DNA of 36,526 nucleotides. It comes from a virus (lineage: Duplodnaviria > Caudoviricetes). Position 1 is the first letter of the stretch; the number at the start of each line of letters is the position of its first letter. Location of the stretch: the IMG/VR virus record IMGVR_UViG_3300020702_000010, positions 1 to 36,526 of that record. The stretch is one strand, 5' to 3'. Shown here piece after piece: positions 10,101 to 17,429 of the stretch. The notes under the pieces were generated by a model. It was not told where the DNA came from. It made no database searches and saw nothing but the letters and a program-made list of their open reading frames with translations. The translations under genes were made by a program, and so were the position numbers.

Positions 10101-11670
10101 TGAGGCCCTAGCCGTACAAAAGATCTGGGATCACTTTGAAAGCTATCGCCCTTTAATTGCAGAAAAAGAAAAAAGAATCTCAGGGGTTGAGCCGCAATGG
10201 GTCGCTATCCGACCGATTGACATCAAGGTCAACGATGGCCGCGTCATCACCTTGCGCGGCGGCTACTTTCCGGTTAAGTTTGATCCGCGCGTTAATCGTA
10301 TGGCCGAAGCTCACGCCTCGGCACAGGACGCTAAAAACCTGATGAAAGCCAGTTACTCAGCAGCTACCACTAACCGCAGTTTCATCAAACAACGGGTAGA
10401 AGAAGTTACCGGTAGGCCGCTACTATTAAACCTAACCGGCTTATATTCAGGAGTTAATGACGTCATTCATGATTTAGCCTGGCACGAATGGGTCATAGAT
10501 GCTAACAAGATTCTAAAAAAGATTGATCCAGCCATTCGTGAATTTTATGGTGCCGACGTTAAAAAGCAATTTGACACCTGGCGCAATGATATTGTCGTAG
10601 GCCAACGCAAATTGGATCACGGCATAGAAAAAGCCGCTGCCTTTGCCCGTCAATATGTATCGGCCTCAGCCTTAACCTTTAATCTGATGTCAGCCGCTAT
10701 GCAGCCCTTAGGTATCGCTAACACCATGGCCAGAATTGGCCCGCACTGGGTTGGTCAAGGTATCGCCATCTATACCGCCAATCCCCTGCAAGCCACCAAA
10801 GACGCACAGCAGAAATCAGAATGGCTACGTAACCGCACCCGCACCCGCTTCCGCGAACTCAATGAACTACGCAATCAAGTACAAGGCCAGACTGCCGCTA
10901 AAGAACTGATGGGCCGTTATGGCTATTGGCTAATGATGCGGGCGCAGATGATGGTGGATATCCCTAGCTGGCATGGCGGTTATGAAAAGGCCATCGCTCA
11001 AGGCTTTGACGAAGACACCGCCATCGCCTTAGCCGATCAAGCCGTTAAGGATTCTCAAGGCGGCGGTGAAGAAGTCGATCAGTCCGGCATCGAGCGAGGC
11101 CATGCTTTAGTTAAACTATTCACCGCCTTTTACGGCTTCATGGGCACTACCTTAAATACCGCCTATGGCTCAACCATCACCGAAAAAAGCAAAGCTAAGA
11201 TAGCCACCAACCTACTACTAACTTTAAGCGTACCCGCCGTATTAGGTTCATTATTAAGATCCGCACTCACACCCGGAGATGATGACGATGAAAACTTAGC
11301 AGGGACCTTAATCAGAGAACAACTGGCCTTTATGATGGGTTTGATAGCCTTTGGTAGAGAGTTTGCAGGCATCACTAAAGATAATCACATGGGCTATTCA
11401 GGGCCAACAGGCCTGCGCCTGATACCCGATACCTTTAAGTTGGTCGATCAGATTAAACAAGGTGACTTTGATACCGCTTTCCGCAAGCAGTTTGTTAATG
11501 TTTTGGGGGATATTAGTGGCTTGCCTGCCGTACAGATTAATAGGACTTGGGATGGTATTGAGGCGCTGAATAGTGGAGATACCAGCAATCCAGCCGCCAT
11601 TGGCTTTGGCTATAAAAAACCACATCATGATCACAGCAATAATTCATCATCATGGCTAAAGGTGTTTTAA
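4129..11670 (+). CDS. Giant ejection (DNA transfer) protein, polyvalent: MuF-C-like, LPD3-like, ART-PolyVal-like and zincin HExxH domains
   Basis: 2513 aa, last gene of the ejection cluster. Motifs APNGKPSNL..VRTAAFKKWFGDW, ASKVIDENGEPLVVYHGS, GFYF, PNQIKSATGNNGNFD and STVLHELGH...HERTAEAFEAY. Confidence 0.8.
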   Translation: MEAQRSYEELINNDAINSAKSGMQFAVDKQPDTEARLQTLAKQYNLPVDAVRLDPKAIERKSQLDAVDYESLVKTAPHTNYLLSDPNKAAVAHDDIPNLSQIEGGLKALRSPEPNALNIASGLLSNLSFSPLHSAIKVAFHDAFFDDGTATAQLRHNDLLRKSLQQKDALDNTTPDFETDTARGIYSGAASFMQALPGMAASVATANPLPMIASAGVQQGFPAYGKYLDRGATKAEAALGAVGEGTAEMGFEALPMGFIVKKFGKVGAGEFLTGLFAREIPSEQATTIAQDAIDTAIANPDKSWGDFVNERPDAAYQTLLATVTQGGITGAISSIAKRMTDQGKHVDSANLGAINIEKLNQLAAASKVLARSPDTIKTFAEAALAGSPVQDLYIDAETFLQSGVAEHVAALLPDVAEQLKEALPGTEIRIPISDYLTHIAATDYAATLKDHLRLEGDDYSPAQAQSYMQTHAQEMQHEIDSILTSHQQADTFRTSQDTVKATVLEQLNKLNRFSSTKNELDATLISARMAVRAAQLGITPEQMYEKQTPNFAAEDISGGPVFSQSEIARQQIEQWTKDKLPGGQIVQLGSPSAILQSFGMDDLPIHLTKSVLDKAKNKHTVDPDDLLGLADAIHSPIAVFASKQGDGHLVVLTELKHADGNIIAALDLNKSRDHFEIHDIRSLHPKNTKSVLKWIEDGLLLGYEKTKGREWLERNSGSDSQRGQVNAAFEGARIYEAEKNSNTPNKSSFDESTALYQSTNEAPRLAPNGKPSNLNPLQYAQVRTAAFKKWFGDWLHNPEMEMTPIKLVDDPNLPIDGDAKTLSKYLRDTFGNTKEINQQTGDEIGFYRDGIEASVKNRKLLSRRLYAILPQLLRESAYAGYEENTKLDKKPHVLGYETYYAAVSIDGKVYSVRIAVDRIKNDVRGRGYYYHQVDEVSLGDEVGSTRVLSDSTNQASTPSSPNGKIILSQLTGKVNNDASKVIDENGEPLVVYHGSDEGFDTFLKEKIGTNIVLPNGAPRGFYFAKDKALAEKYGKTITEAFISGKPLLNNSKIVVAGEPNQIKSATGNNGNFDGNDANILHQQQYGSFHPPTNTIAIFKQGNLSTVLHELGHFFFENDIALAAELFTKPELTAGEQQIVSDVSALLNWSGIQGTLQEQLDQWYSMDIEEKRGAHERTAEAFEAYLFTGTAPSIELQHAFQTFRTWLISVYKSLKDFLASHPEAGKLNEEVSAIFDRMLATEEEIKLAEKARSLMPLFESAQKAGMSEADFAAYQALGVEATNTAIDALQAKALGDMEWMGRAHTQYLKALQKKHDELRREVRSQARTDIMAQPVYRAYSFLTGKLSKDDKIAQPTTAKSNPKHVDPSIDSLFVAIAKLGGLQRGQLTEEWNYDHQGRVQMPVFGKPVVRKNGGLSIETMAESLMDEGYLNMDEHGKYDLHEFEEKFSAELRGVSQYAHSVDGGNITQEDHKAREAVINPDGLGAGRFELSELRGMDLPEAVLNLMINLKMTAKDGLHPDIVSDLFGFSSGDELVNALASAENPKAAIEHLTDQRMLQEHGELATPEAVEEAANRAVHNKFRERLLRSEANALAKATGSLRLLGNAAKEYTQAMISRLKVRDIRPINYSRAEVKAARAAEQAHRKGDTEQAAIEKRNQVLNMQAFRAAVAAQDHIDKMLRYFKRLGGDGQKIDAEYIDVIRGMLDKFDLRDQSGKHLDEQARLRAWVQSQLAEGQLPVIAESLLSPQERAAYVAQVESRDEHGELIYQDDEEALKLLADAIDRSAKRSYKDATYEELQGLYETIKQMEHLGRLKHKLLTAQDERDADAIYTEITDGIILHGGAGGKNTRTPNDVLGKMLAGIKDFGSAHIKIATWARIMDGGIDNGPVWRFLVKPANARATQETTMKAAATKELDAIMRPILAKATLRDKSGKGKYFASIGTSLNWQERFSFLLNMGNESNLQRLMGGGIATVKENLTMAQLLEVVGTLSWDEALAVQKIWDHFESYRPLIAEKEKRISGVEPQWVAIRPIDIKVNDGRVITLRGGYFPVKFDPRVNRMAEAHASAQDAKNLMKASYSAATTNRSFIKQRVEEVTGRPLLLNLTGLYSGVNDVIHDLAWHEWVIDANKILKKIDPAIREFYGADVKKQFDTWRNDIVVGQRKLDHGIEKAAAFARQYVSASALTFNLMSAAMQPLGIANTMARIGPHWVGQGIAIYTANPLQATKDAQQKSEWLRNRTRTRFRELNELRNQVQGQTAAKELMGRYGYWLMMRAQMMVDIPSWHGGYEKAIAQGFDEDTAIALADQAVKDSQGGGEEVDQSGIERGHALVKLFTAFYGFMGTTLNTAYGSTITEKSKAKIATNLLLTLSVPAVLGSLLRSALTPGDDDDENLAGTLIREQLAFMMGLIAFGREFAGITKDNHMGYSGPTGLRLIPDTFKLVDQIKQGDFDTAFRKQFVNVLGDISGLPAVQINRTWDGIEALNSGDTSNPAAIGFGYKKPHHDHSNNSSSWLKVF

Positions 11671-11712
11671 AAATCCTGATAGACTGCGGATTTAATCTGG
11701 CTGGGTAAAATT

Positions 11713-12165
11713 ATGGGTTTTTTATATTACGCGATAACTTTCATGCTATTTATTGCAATTATACAAATATTTGCTTGGCTTTATGCGTGGGGGAAAGGAG
11801 GCTATCAAGATATTAGCGAATGGTTAAGGTGGGTTATATTTCTTCCCATTAGTATAATAGGCGCAGGCGTGCTTTCTATTGCGCTATTAATAAATACACA
11901 TTATCTTTTTCCATTAAAAGAAGAGGTTGGGCTTTGCATAAGCTGGGTAATTATTCCTATGATTTTATTTTACGCCGTTAGTATAACAATTCCACGAGGG
12001 AAGAAAATTATGCCGATGATCTTATGTGCGATATGGGTAGCGCTTAGTATATTTTCTGTTATTAATAATGACCCCAATCAGATTATTAGAGTTATTCAAA
12101 TAATCACAATGTCATGTTTTTTGTTTTTATGGGCAAAAACACCAACGAAGGATTTCTACAAATAA
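11713..12165 (+). CDS. Multi-pass membrane protein (AT-rich moron)
   Basis: About five hydrophobic segments; markedly AT-rich compared with its flanks. Confidence 0.7.
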   Translation: MGFLYYAITFMLFIAIIQIFAWLYAWGKGGYQDISEWLRWVIFLPISIIGAGVLSIALLINTHYLFPLKEEVGLCISWVIIPMILFYAVSITIPRGKKIMPMILCAIWVALSIFSVINNDPNQIIRVIQIITMSCFLFLWAKTPTKDFYK

Positions 12166-12215
12166 AACACATAAACCTAAAAAACCAACAAGCCTTCTTA
12201 GACACTACACAAACT

Positions 12216-12350
12216 ATGGTCAATATAAAAGGTCAACTTGAAGCAGCCGATAGCTTCAAAGCATTATTGGTTGTTTATTTGCCCCAAGCAATTGCGGCTA
12301 TAGGTGTTTTATTAATAGGCGTTGCGGCCGTTATTGCCGCGACAAAGTGA
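12216..12350 (+). CDS. Small single-TM protein
   Basis: MVNIKGQLEAADSFKALLVVYLPQAIAAIGVLLIGVAAVIAATK; preceded in frame by a decayed copy of the endolysin start. Confidence 0.4.
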   Translation: MVNIKGQLEAADSFKALLVVYLPQAIAAIGVLLIGVAAVIAATK

Positions 12351-12386
12351 AGTATTAATCCCCTCAATCATTTTTTCTTAAAAACA

Positions 12387-12863
12387 ATGAACCTACAAAA
12401 TAGACAAGCCTTCCTAGACACCATCGCCCATTCAGAAATAGGTGCTGACTTACTAGCAAAATCAGACAATGGCTATGATGTCATTGTTGGATCTACCGCC
12501 AAGCATCCGCATTTATTTAGCACTTATACCAGCCATCCTAGAATCGTAGTGGATCTAGGTAAGGGTTTAAAAAGTAGCGCCGCCGGACGCTACCAAATCC
12601 TAGCGTGTTATTATGATTGGTACAAAGCTCAGCTTAAGCTGCCAGATTTTGGCAAAGCCTCACAAGATAAGATCGCTTATCAAATGATCAGCGAATGTAA
12701 CGCCCTGCATCTTTTAGATGCCGGTGATTTTGTGGGCGCCGTTAAAGCCTGCTCAAGTCGCTGGGCAAGTTTGCCAGGTGCGAATTATGGACAGCATGAA
12801 AATAAATTAGCTGATTTGCAGATGGCTTATGTGGGGGCTGGTGGAGGGTTAAATATTACCTAA
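12387..12863 (+). CDS. Endolysin, lambda R-like transglycosylase (GH104)
   Basis: AFLDTIAHSE, YDVIVG, HP, SSAAGRYQ, DF..SQD, WASLPG.NYGQ. Confidence 0.9.
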   Translation: MNLQNRQAFLDTIAHSEIGADLLAKSDNGYDVIVGSTAKHPHLFSTYTSHPRIVVDLGKGLKSSAAGRYQILACYYDWYKAQLKLPDFGKASQDKIAYQMISECNALHLLDAGDFVGAVKACSSRWASLPGANYGQHENKLADLQMAYVGAGGGLNIT

Positions 12864-12974
12864 AAGCCTAGTTACAATAGGTTTTTAACTTATTGATTTA
12901 TATGGGCCAGCAATGCGCAACTGGTTACAATAAAAGAGCATTAACATTTTGATTTATAACAGTTGCGGGCTAAT

Positions 12975-13019
12975 CTCTTAATCCATAGGTCCGGGGTTCG
13001 AACCCCCGACACCCCACCA
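12975..13019 (+). tRNA. 3' half of tRNA-Lys(CTT) serving as att core; not a complete tRNA
   Basis: CTCTTAA anticodon loop, T arm CGGGG-TTCGAAC-CCCCG and an ACCA end. No 5' acceptor/D-arm half upstream. Confidence 0.85.
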
Positions 13020-13028
13020 AATAAATCA

Positions 13029-13058
13029 AAGGCTTAGAGTTAAATCTAGGCTTTTTTT
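13029..13058 (+). terminator. Intrinsic terminator that would follow the reconstituted host tRNA
   Basis: GGCTTAGA-gttaaa-TCTAGGC followed by T7. Confidence 0.6.
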
Positions 13059-13206
13059 ATGCCTAAAAAGTCCAAGTGGTTACAAAGGTGGTTACAATTA
13101 ACGGCTTTTAGGTGGTTAATCGCTCTAAAATATCAGTCTTTTTCATGACAATATAATCGCCCTGGATTAGATCAGAACATTAATCTTTAAGTGCGCCTTT
13201 AGCTCT

Positions 13207-13256
13207 GAGTCTGTCAAAACCCGTGTAGTTATGTAACTACAGGGCATGACATACTC
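13207..13256. repeat. Long imperfect palindrome (REP-like hairpin / terminator)
   Basis: GAGT.TGTCA...CCC.TGTAGTTA-tg-TAACTACA-GGG..TGACA.ACTC. Confidence 0.6.
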
Positions 13257-13277
13257 GAAACACTTGGGGTTGTCAAA

Positions 13278-13547
13278 TTAGAGCAACTTTACTAGGGCGG
13301 CGACTAGTCCAGCTTGAGCTAGTAACATTCCAGCAATCCACTTAACCATATCAAATTTGACCTCATTGATTTTTGCCTCAAGGCGCAATTCTGTTTCTTT
13401 TAATCGGCTATCTAATGTTTCATTTGAAACCAAAGTGTTTTGAGCTTCAGTAATAACTCTAATAACTGCTTCTGATTGCTTTTGGTCAAAACCCGCTGTC
13501 TTTAGCTTGTCCACCATGTCTAGCATATCAAAGGTAATGGTTGTCAT
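13278..13547 (-). CDS. DUF1640/CCDC90-like coiled-coil membrane-anchored protein (paralogue 1)
   Basis: ITFDMLDMVDKLKTAGFDQKQSEA head, LKETELRLE stalk, and C-terminal TM MVKWIAGMLLAQAGLVAALVKLL. Confidence 0.85.
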   Translation of the reverse strand: MTTITFDMLDMVDKLKTAGFDQKQSEAVIRVITEAQNTLVSNETLDSRLKETELRLEAKINEVKFDMVKWIAGMLLAQAGLVAALVKLL

Positions 13548-13576
13548 TTTAAACCTCGTTGTTGTTAAATTAATTT

Positions 13577-13819
13577 TTAAAGCAACTTAATCAGTGCGGC
13601 AATCATAGCGAACTGGCCTAGGGCTAAACCTATCCCCCATTTAACCATTCTGTTTTCCATTTCGTAAAGTCTGGCATCAAGATAATCGCGGGTAACGGGT
13701 AATGATTCTGCTTGCGCTTCTTGAAAGGCTTCTGCTACCGCTTCGGCCTTATCTTCTTCAAAACCTGCGTCACGTAATCGCCTGATAAATTTATGTGTGT
13801 CAAAAGTGATAGCACTCAT
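13577..13819 (-). CDS. DUF1640/CCDC90-like protein (paralogue 2)
   Basis: ITFDTHKFIRRLRDAGFEEDKAEA...MVKWGIGLALGQFAMIAALIKLL; AAGGAG RBS. Confidence 0.85.
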   Translation of the reverse strand: MSAITFDTHKFIRRLRDAGFEEDKAEAVAEAFQEAQAESLPVTRDYLDARLYEMENRMVKWGIGLALGQFAMIAALIKLL

Positions 13820-13897
13820 CTTTAGAGCTCCTTTAGGTTAATTTCTTATGTATACCGGAAAGGCTTGTGGCTTGTCAAATTAGCTTTATAGAAGAAC

Positions 13898-15013
13898 TTA
13901 GTTTTTAGTCGGCTTAACCAAGTCCGGCTTAACATCATAAACCTTCATCATTTCTGGTGATCGATGTCCGGCTGAGGCCATGCGGTCGGGTGCGCTGGTG
14001 TCACTAATACCTTTGCGTTTTAAGTCGTGAAAGGTAAATTTGGTAAATTCTACGCCGTCTTTTTTTGCTTGCTCAACAGCTAAAGTGGTTAAGCGCTGCA
14101 TGGCGGTTTGTAGGGTGCTGACGTCTATTTTATCGCCGGTACGCTCGCTGATGAAGACATGGCGGTCACTGGCCTTAATGGGGTGTGGTTGTTTTCTGCT
14201 TTTTAAGATAGCAGTGCGTTTTTGCTTTAACTCGTCCCAGATCGTACGTAGGCGCGGCTGCCATTCGGTGATGTTGGTCTTACTGCCTTTGCGTCTATAG
14301 ATGATTAAGCCATTGTCTTGTTCGTTAGCGTCTGTCAGCTCTAGCACTTCACACATGCGCATTCGGCATAGGTAGGCTAGTTCCATGGCGTATTGCACGT
14401 ACCAATAGCTGGAGGCTTTGGCAATGTTGATTAAATAATGATAATCGAGATCTTCGGTGTAATGTTGGCGTGGGGCGATGGTGATCTTTTTAACACCTGT
14501 ACCTGGATTGATTGGGACTTTTTCATATTCATAAGCCCATGAAAACAGGCGCTTAATGTAACTAAGCTCTTTGTTGGCTCGGCTTTCTGATTCTTCTGCG
14601 CGTTTGTCTCTATATTTCCTGATTAAACCTACGGTCCATTTAGTCAAGGGGATGTCGCCCATTTTACCGCCAGTAGTCGCCCTATTAACGACGGCTTGGT
14701 GACAGTTTAGGTAATCTTTTTGGGTGGAGGCGCTGAGCTTTTTCCAGATATGGGTTTGTTGAAATTCTATTGATAAGGTGGCGAAGGTGGCCACTGTCTT
14801 TTCGGTCTGGGCCTCAACGGCTTGATAGATTTCTGCAAGCTTGGCTTCAGGCCCACAGATGCGTTTATTTTTACGCGTGCCAAACTCGTCATAAAAGCTA
14901 AGCATCCATTTACCCGCACCACTGGCATTAAACCAAACTCGATCCGGCAGTTTGTCTATGTTGATATGGGCGGGTGTATTGATGCTTGAGCGCTTACGAC
15001 CTGGCTTTTTCAT
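13898..15013 (-). CDS. int: Tyrosine recombinase (phage integrase)
   Basis: Catalytic R (RMCE), K (RRKG), HDLKRK, GH and Y (VYD); lies next to attP. Confidence 0.92.
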   Translation of the reverse strand: MKKPGRKRSSINTPAHINIDKLPDRVWFNASGAGKWMLSFYDEFGTRKNKRICGPEAKLAEIYQAVEAQTEKTVATFATLSIEFQQTHIWKKLSASTQKDYLNCHQAVVNRATTGGKMGDIPLTKWTVGLIRKYRDKRAEESESRANKELSYIKRLFSWAYEYEKVPINPGTGVKKITIAPRQHYTEDLDYHYLINIAKASSYWYVQYAMELAYLCRMRMCEVLELTDANEQDNGLIIYRRKGSKTNITEWQPRLRTIWDELKQKRTAILKSRKQPHPIKASDRHVFISERTGDKIDVSTLQTAMQRLTTLAVEQAKKDGVEFTKFTFHDLKRKGISDTSAPDRMASAGHRSPEMMKVYDVKPDLVKPTKN

Positions 15014-15216
15014 AAAATATCAATTTCAGCTTCTGTGTAGTCTAATTTTCCAGATTGTAAGCCCATTGCGGCATTCAGTGCATCAATAGTTGTGTAGATC
15101 CCCGTCTTTCCATATAAGAATCTCACGCCATTTTTTCGTAAACACTTCTCGACATCACTAGCTTGTTTGTAGCCGGTGACTGCTTTAAGTTCGTTGAGAT
15201 CGACTAAGGCACTCAT
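15010..15216 (-). CDS. Excisionase-like protein (DUF4224-like)
   Basis: ELKAVTGYKQASDVEKCLRKNGVRF; ATGA overlap with int. Confidence 0.7.
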   Translation of the reverse strand: MSALVDLNELKAVTGYKQASDVEKCLRKNGVRFLYGKTGIYTTIDALNAAMGLQSGKLDYTEAEIDIL

Positions 15217-15368
15217 GGTATCTTATCCAAATAAGCCAACGAAGGGTGCCTGCCTGCTGGGCTACAGGTTTCGCAGTTTTTACGGGCTCTAATCCGTGTT
15301 GCAAAGATCACCTTACACCTAAGGCATCTTTTGTTTTTAAGCGGGTTAATTGTGTAATGGGCGCTCAT
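15213..15368 (-). CDS. Small Cys4 zinc-finger protein (51 aa, not in the ORF track)
   Basis: MSAHYTINPLKNKRCLRCKVIFATRIRARKNCETCSP...; ATGA overlaps at both ends. Confidence 0.6.
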   Translation of the reverse strand: MSAHYTINPLKNKRCLRCKVIFATRIRARKNCETCSPAGRHPSLAYLDKIP

Positions 15369-15493
15369 GACTTTGCCTTTTCGCGGCTAGCATTAAGTAG
15401 CGCGACAATCTTAAGCGCATAATGCTCGCGCTCTTTAGAGGTAAGTTTGGGGTTATTAAAAATATCCAGTAAGTCCTTTATTTCTTTACTCAT
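15365..15493 (-). CDS. Small hypothetical protein (42 aa, not in the ORF track)
   Basis: MSKEIKDLLDIFNNPKLTSKEREHYALKIVALLNASREKAKS; ATGA overlaps at both ends. Confidence 0.6.
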   Translation of the reverse strand: MSKEIKDLLDIFNNPKLTSKEREHYALKIVALLNASREKAKS

Positions 15494-15795
15494 ATCAACC
15501 CCCTAAGACCAGGCTGCAAGAAATTAATGATTTCCAGTGCCCGACCTTTGTAGGTGAATCCGGATGCTGTTTTAGTCTTAAGAGGTGTTCGTACGTTTCC
15601 CTCATAAGGGTTGTTAGCTAGAAACGAGAGGGCCGCTGCTTTGTCGAAAATATGGGCATTTTTTTCAATACCGACCGGACTTGGAAAATCACGATAACAA
15701 AAACTTGAGCGCAGGCGCTGTTTTAAATTCTCATAACTTAAGCCCTGTTCTGCGGCTATCTCTCTTAAGGTTACTGTGGTCATAAGTTTGCTCAT
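15490..15795 (-). CDS. AlpA/Xis-like winged-HTH protein (paralogue A)
   Basis: VTLREIAAEQGLSYENLKQRL...DFPSPV. Confidence 0.6.
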   Translation of the reverse strand: MSKLMTTVTLREIAAEQGLSYENLKQRLRSSFCYRDFPSPVGIEKNAHIFDKAAALSFLANNPYEGNVRTPLKTKTASGFTYKGRALEIINFLQPGLRGLI

Positions 15796-16085
15796 ATCCC
15801 TACTCTCAAATCAGGCTGTAAGAACTGGATCACGGCTAGGGCTTGGCCTGAGTATTTAAAGACCGCTGGGGCTACGTTTTTTTTGTAGCAGCGCTCGTTA
15901 ATGATGACCGGATTGGCCGCTAAAAAAATTAATAGCTGGGCGTGATCATAATAAAAAGTTTGTTTTATTTTACGCGCAGGCTTGGGGAAGGCGTGGTAGG
16001 CTTTATTTTCTACTATGCGCTTTCTGAGGGCTTGGACGGTAAGGCCTATTATCTGTGCGCAGTGGCTTAGGGTTATCTCTGGCAT
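15792..16085 (-). CDS. AlpA/Xis-like winged-HTH protein (paralogue B)
   Basis: ITLSHCAQIIGLTVQALRKRI...AFPKPA; shares FLAxNP and FxYxGxAL..I.FLQP.LR with its neighbour. Confidence 0.6.
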   Translation of the reverse strand: MPEITLSHCAQIIGLTVQALRKRIVENKAYHAFPKPARKIKQTFYYDHAQLLIFLAANPVIINERCYKKNVAPAVFKYSGQALAVIQFLQPDLRVGI

Positions 16086-16134
16086 GGCTGATCTTCTTTA
16101 TGGGTAATGCGCCGCGTTAGCGGTGCTGGGCTTG

Positions 16135-17079
16135 TTAAGCGACTCGGGTTATTTCAGCCTGTCGTTGTTCGATGTCTGCGTGTAGCCAAGCCAGTTCCTT
16201 AGGCTCTATGTTATCGATAAGATGATCAAGGTCTTCTAGTGAGTCAATCTCACGAAGGGCGGCCCTAAAGCTGGCGTGCTGATGGTCTTGCGCGACGTAA
16301 TCGCTGCAGCCTGAGCCCTTGCCACACTCAAACCAGTCTTCAGCCTTACTCATGCCGTCCCTAATGCTGGTGTATATTTTTCTAGCGGCGACCACTTGGG
16401 CGGGTTGGATGCTGTAGATCCGGCGTTGTATTCTTAGTTCTAGCTGCTCTTTGCTGACGCCTATTTTATGGAAGGATTCGATTAAATTCATAATGCCCTC
16501 GGGGGAGACGTCGGCTTTTGCGCGTAAAGTGGCTTCGCATTGGATGACGGCTGCCTCGACGACATCGCCGGGGATGACTGCTAAAATGCAAGCCCTTAAA
16601 CGTCTAGCACCTTGATTGGCGACCACCTCGTAAATGTCGCGGGGATCTGTTAGGCGTTTAATGGTGTTTTTGCTGGCTCTAACATGTAGCACCTGAAAAG
16701 TAGCCTCGCGGCGGGTATTGGTTTCCACGTCCCAAGCATAGGATTGCACGGTGCTTTCGCCTTCGCGTTGATCTAGCTCTCTAATGCCAAATTGAATATT
16801 GCCCCAGTTTTGGGCGATGGTTTCCGCCAAGCGTATCGACGGGCCGCTAACCTCTTGGCCGCCTTTAGCATATTGATACATAGCGCCTTCGGCTAAGGAT
16901 AGCCTTGTGCAGGCGTTTAAGATTCTATCCATGGCCTGCACTTGGTTGCGAGGGTTTAACCTGGCGATCATCATGGCGGCCTGCACTTCGGCGATAGCGC
17001 GGGTTTGGTCGGTATTGGCCAGTGCGCCCATAGGCTGATTAGGCAGTTGGCTTTGAAAGGGGTTGAGTAAAGGGTTCAT
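16135..17079 (-). CDS. Conserved phage protein, putative single-strand annealing/recombination protein
   Basis: Motifs GPSIRLAE, WGN, AWDVETN and DPRDIYE..ANQGARRLRACIL occur in early-left recombination modules. The function is inferred. Confidence 0.55.
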   Translation of the reverse strand: MNPLLNPFQSQLPNQPMGALANTDQTRAIAEVQAAMMIARLNPRNQVQAMDRILNACTRLSLAEGAMYQYAKGGQEVSGPSIRLAETIAQNWGNIQFGIRELDQREGESTVQSYAWDVETNTRREATFQVLHVRASKNTIKRLTDPRDIYEVVANQGARRLRACILAVIPGDVVEAAVIQCEATLRAKADVSPEGIMNLIESFHKIGVSKEQLELRIQRRIYSIQPAQVVAARKIYTSIRDGMSKAEDWFECGKGSGCSDYVAQDHQHASFRAALREIDSLEDLDHLIDNIEPKELAWLHADIEQRQAEITRVA

Positions 17080-17216
17080 AATAAGCTCCCAATAACAATG
17101 CTTGAATGAATATCGTAAAATTTTGCATAGCGATTGGCAAAGTCAATCACCTCTACCTTCATGCCCAACTCCATTAGGTGGATACAATGCCGTAAGAAGT
17201 TAATATTAGCGCTCAT
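17076..17216 (-). CDS. Small hypothetical protein (46 aa, not in the ORF track)
   Basis: MSANINFLRHCIHLMELGMKVEVIDFANRYAKFYD...; ATGA overlaps at both ends. Confidence 0.55.
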   Translation of the reverse strand: MSANINFLRHCIHLMELGMKVEVIDFANRYAKFYDIHSSIVIGSLL

Positions 17217-17416
17217 TCTTCACCCCACTGATCCACCAAGCTTAAGCTTGAGATGCTTTGGGTGTGGCTGGGCGCTGCTTCGGCGTAAGTAAAGGCTGAA
17301 AAGGCTAAGATAACGACTAATAACAAGGTTGCTGTCCAGAAGCCGGTAGTGACTAGCTGCGCTTGGCCAAGATATAGCTTCTGTCTGCGGCGCTGGTCTA
17401 CGTTGATTAAGTTCAT
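17213..17416 (-). CDS. Small single-TM protein, first recognisable gene of the early-left operon
   Basis: GGAG RBS; TM segment GFWTATLLLVVILAFSAFTY. Confidence 0.6.
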   Translation of the reverse strand: MNLINVDQRRRQKLYLGQAQLVTTGFWTATLLLVVILAFSAFTYAEAAPSHTQSISSLSLVDQWGEE

Positions 17417-17429
17417 GGTGATACTCCAA

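Larger units (their letters stand above)
12871..13120. mobile_element. attP: core, integrase arm-type repeats and IHF sites
   Basis: GTTACAA arm-like repeats at 12871, 12922, 13076 and 13088 (degenerate copy at 13111). Three WATCAANNNNTTR IHF matches at 12886-12898(-), 12942-12954(-) and 13024-13036(+). A tRNA 3' half forms the core and the integrase is nearby. Confidence 0.85.

Noticed and set aside
4122-11634. Many minus-strand ORFs inside the giant gene
   Set aside because: They are shadow ORFs, mostly in the permissive register, with no coupling to flanking genes or recognisable motifs.
12945-13019. Complete phage-encoded tRNA
   Set aside because: There is no 5' acceptor strand complementary to ACACCCC and no D arm; only the att core half is present.
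13207-13256. IS200/IS605 element end
   Set aside because: The hairpin is reminiscent of one, but no TnpA/TnpB remnant is seen nearby.
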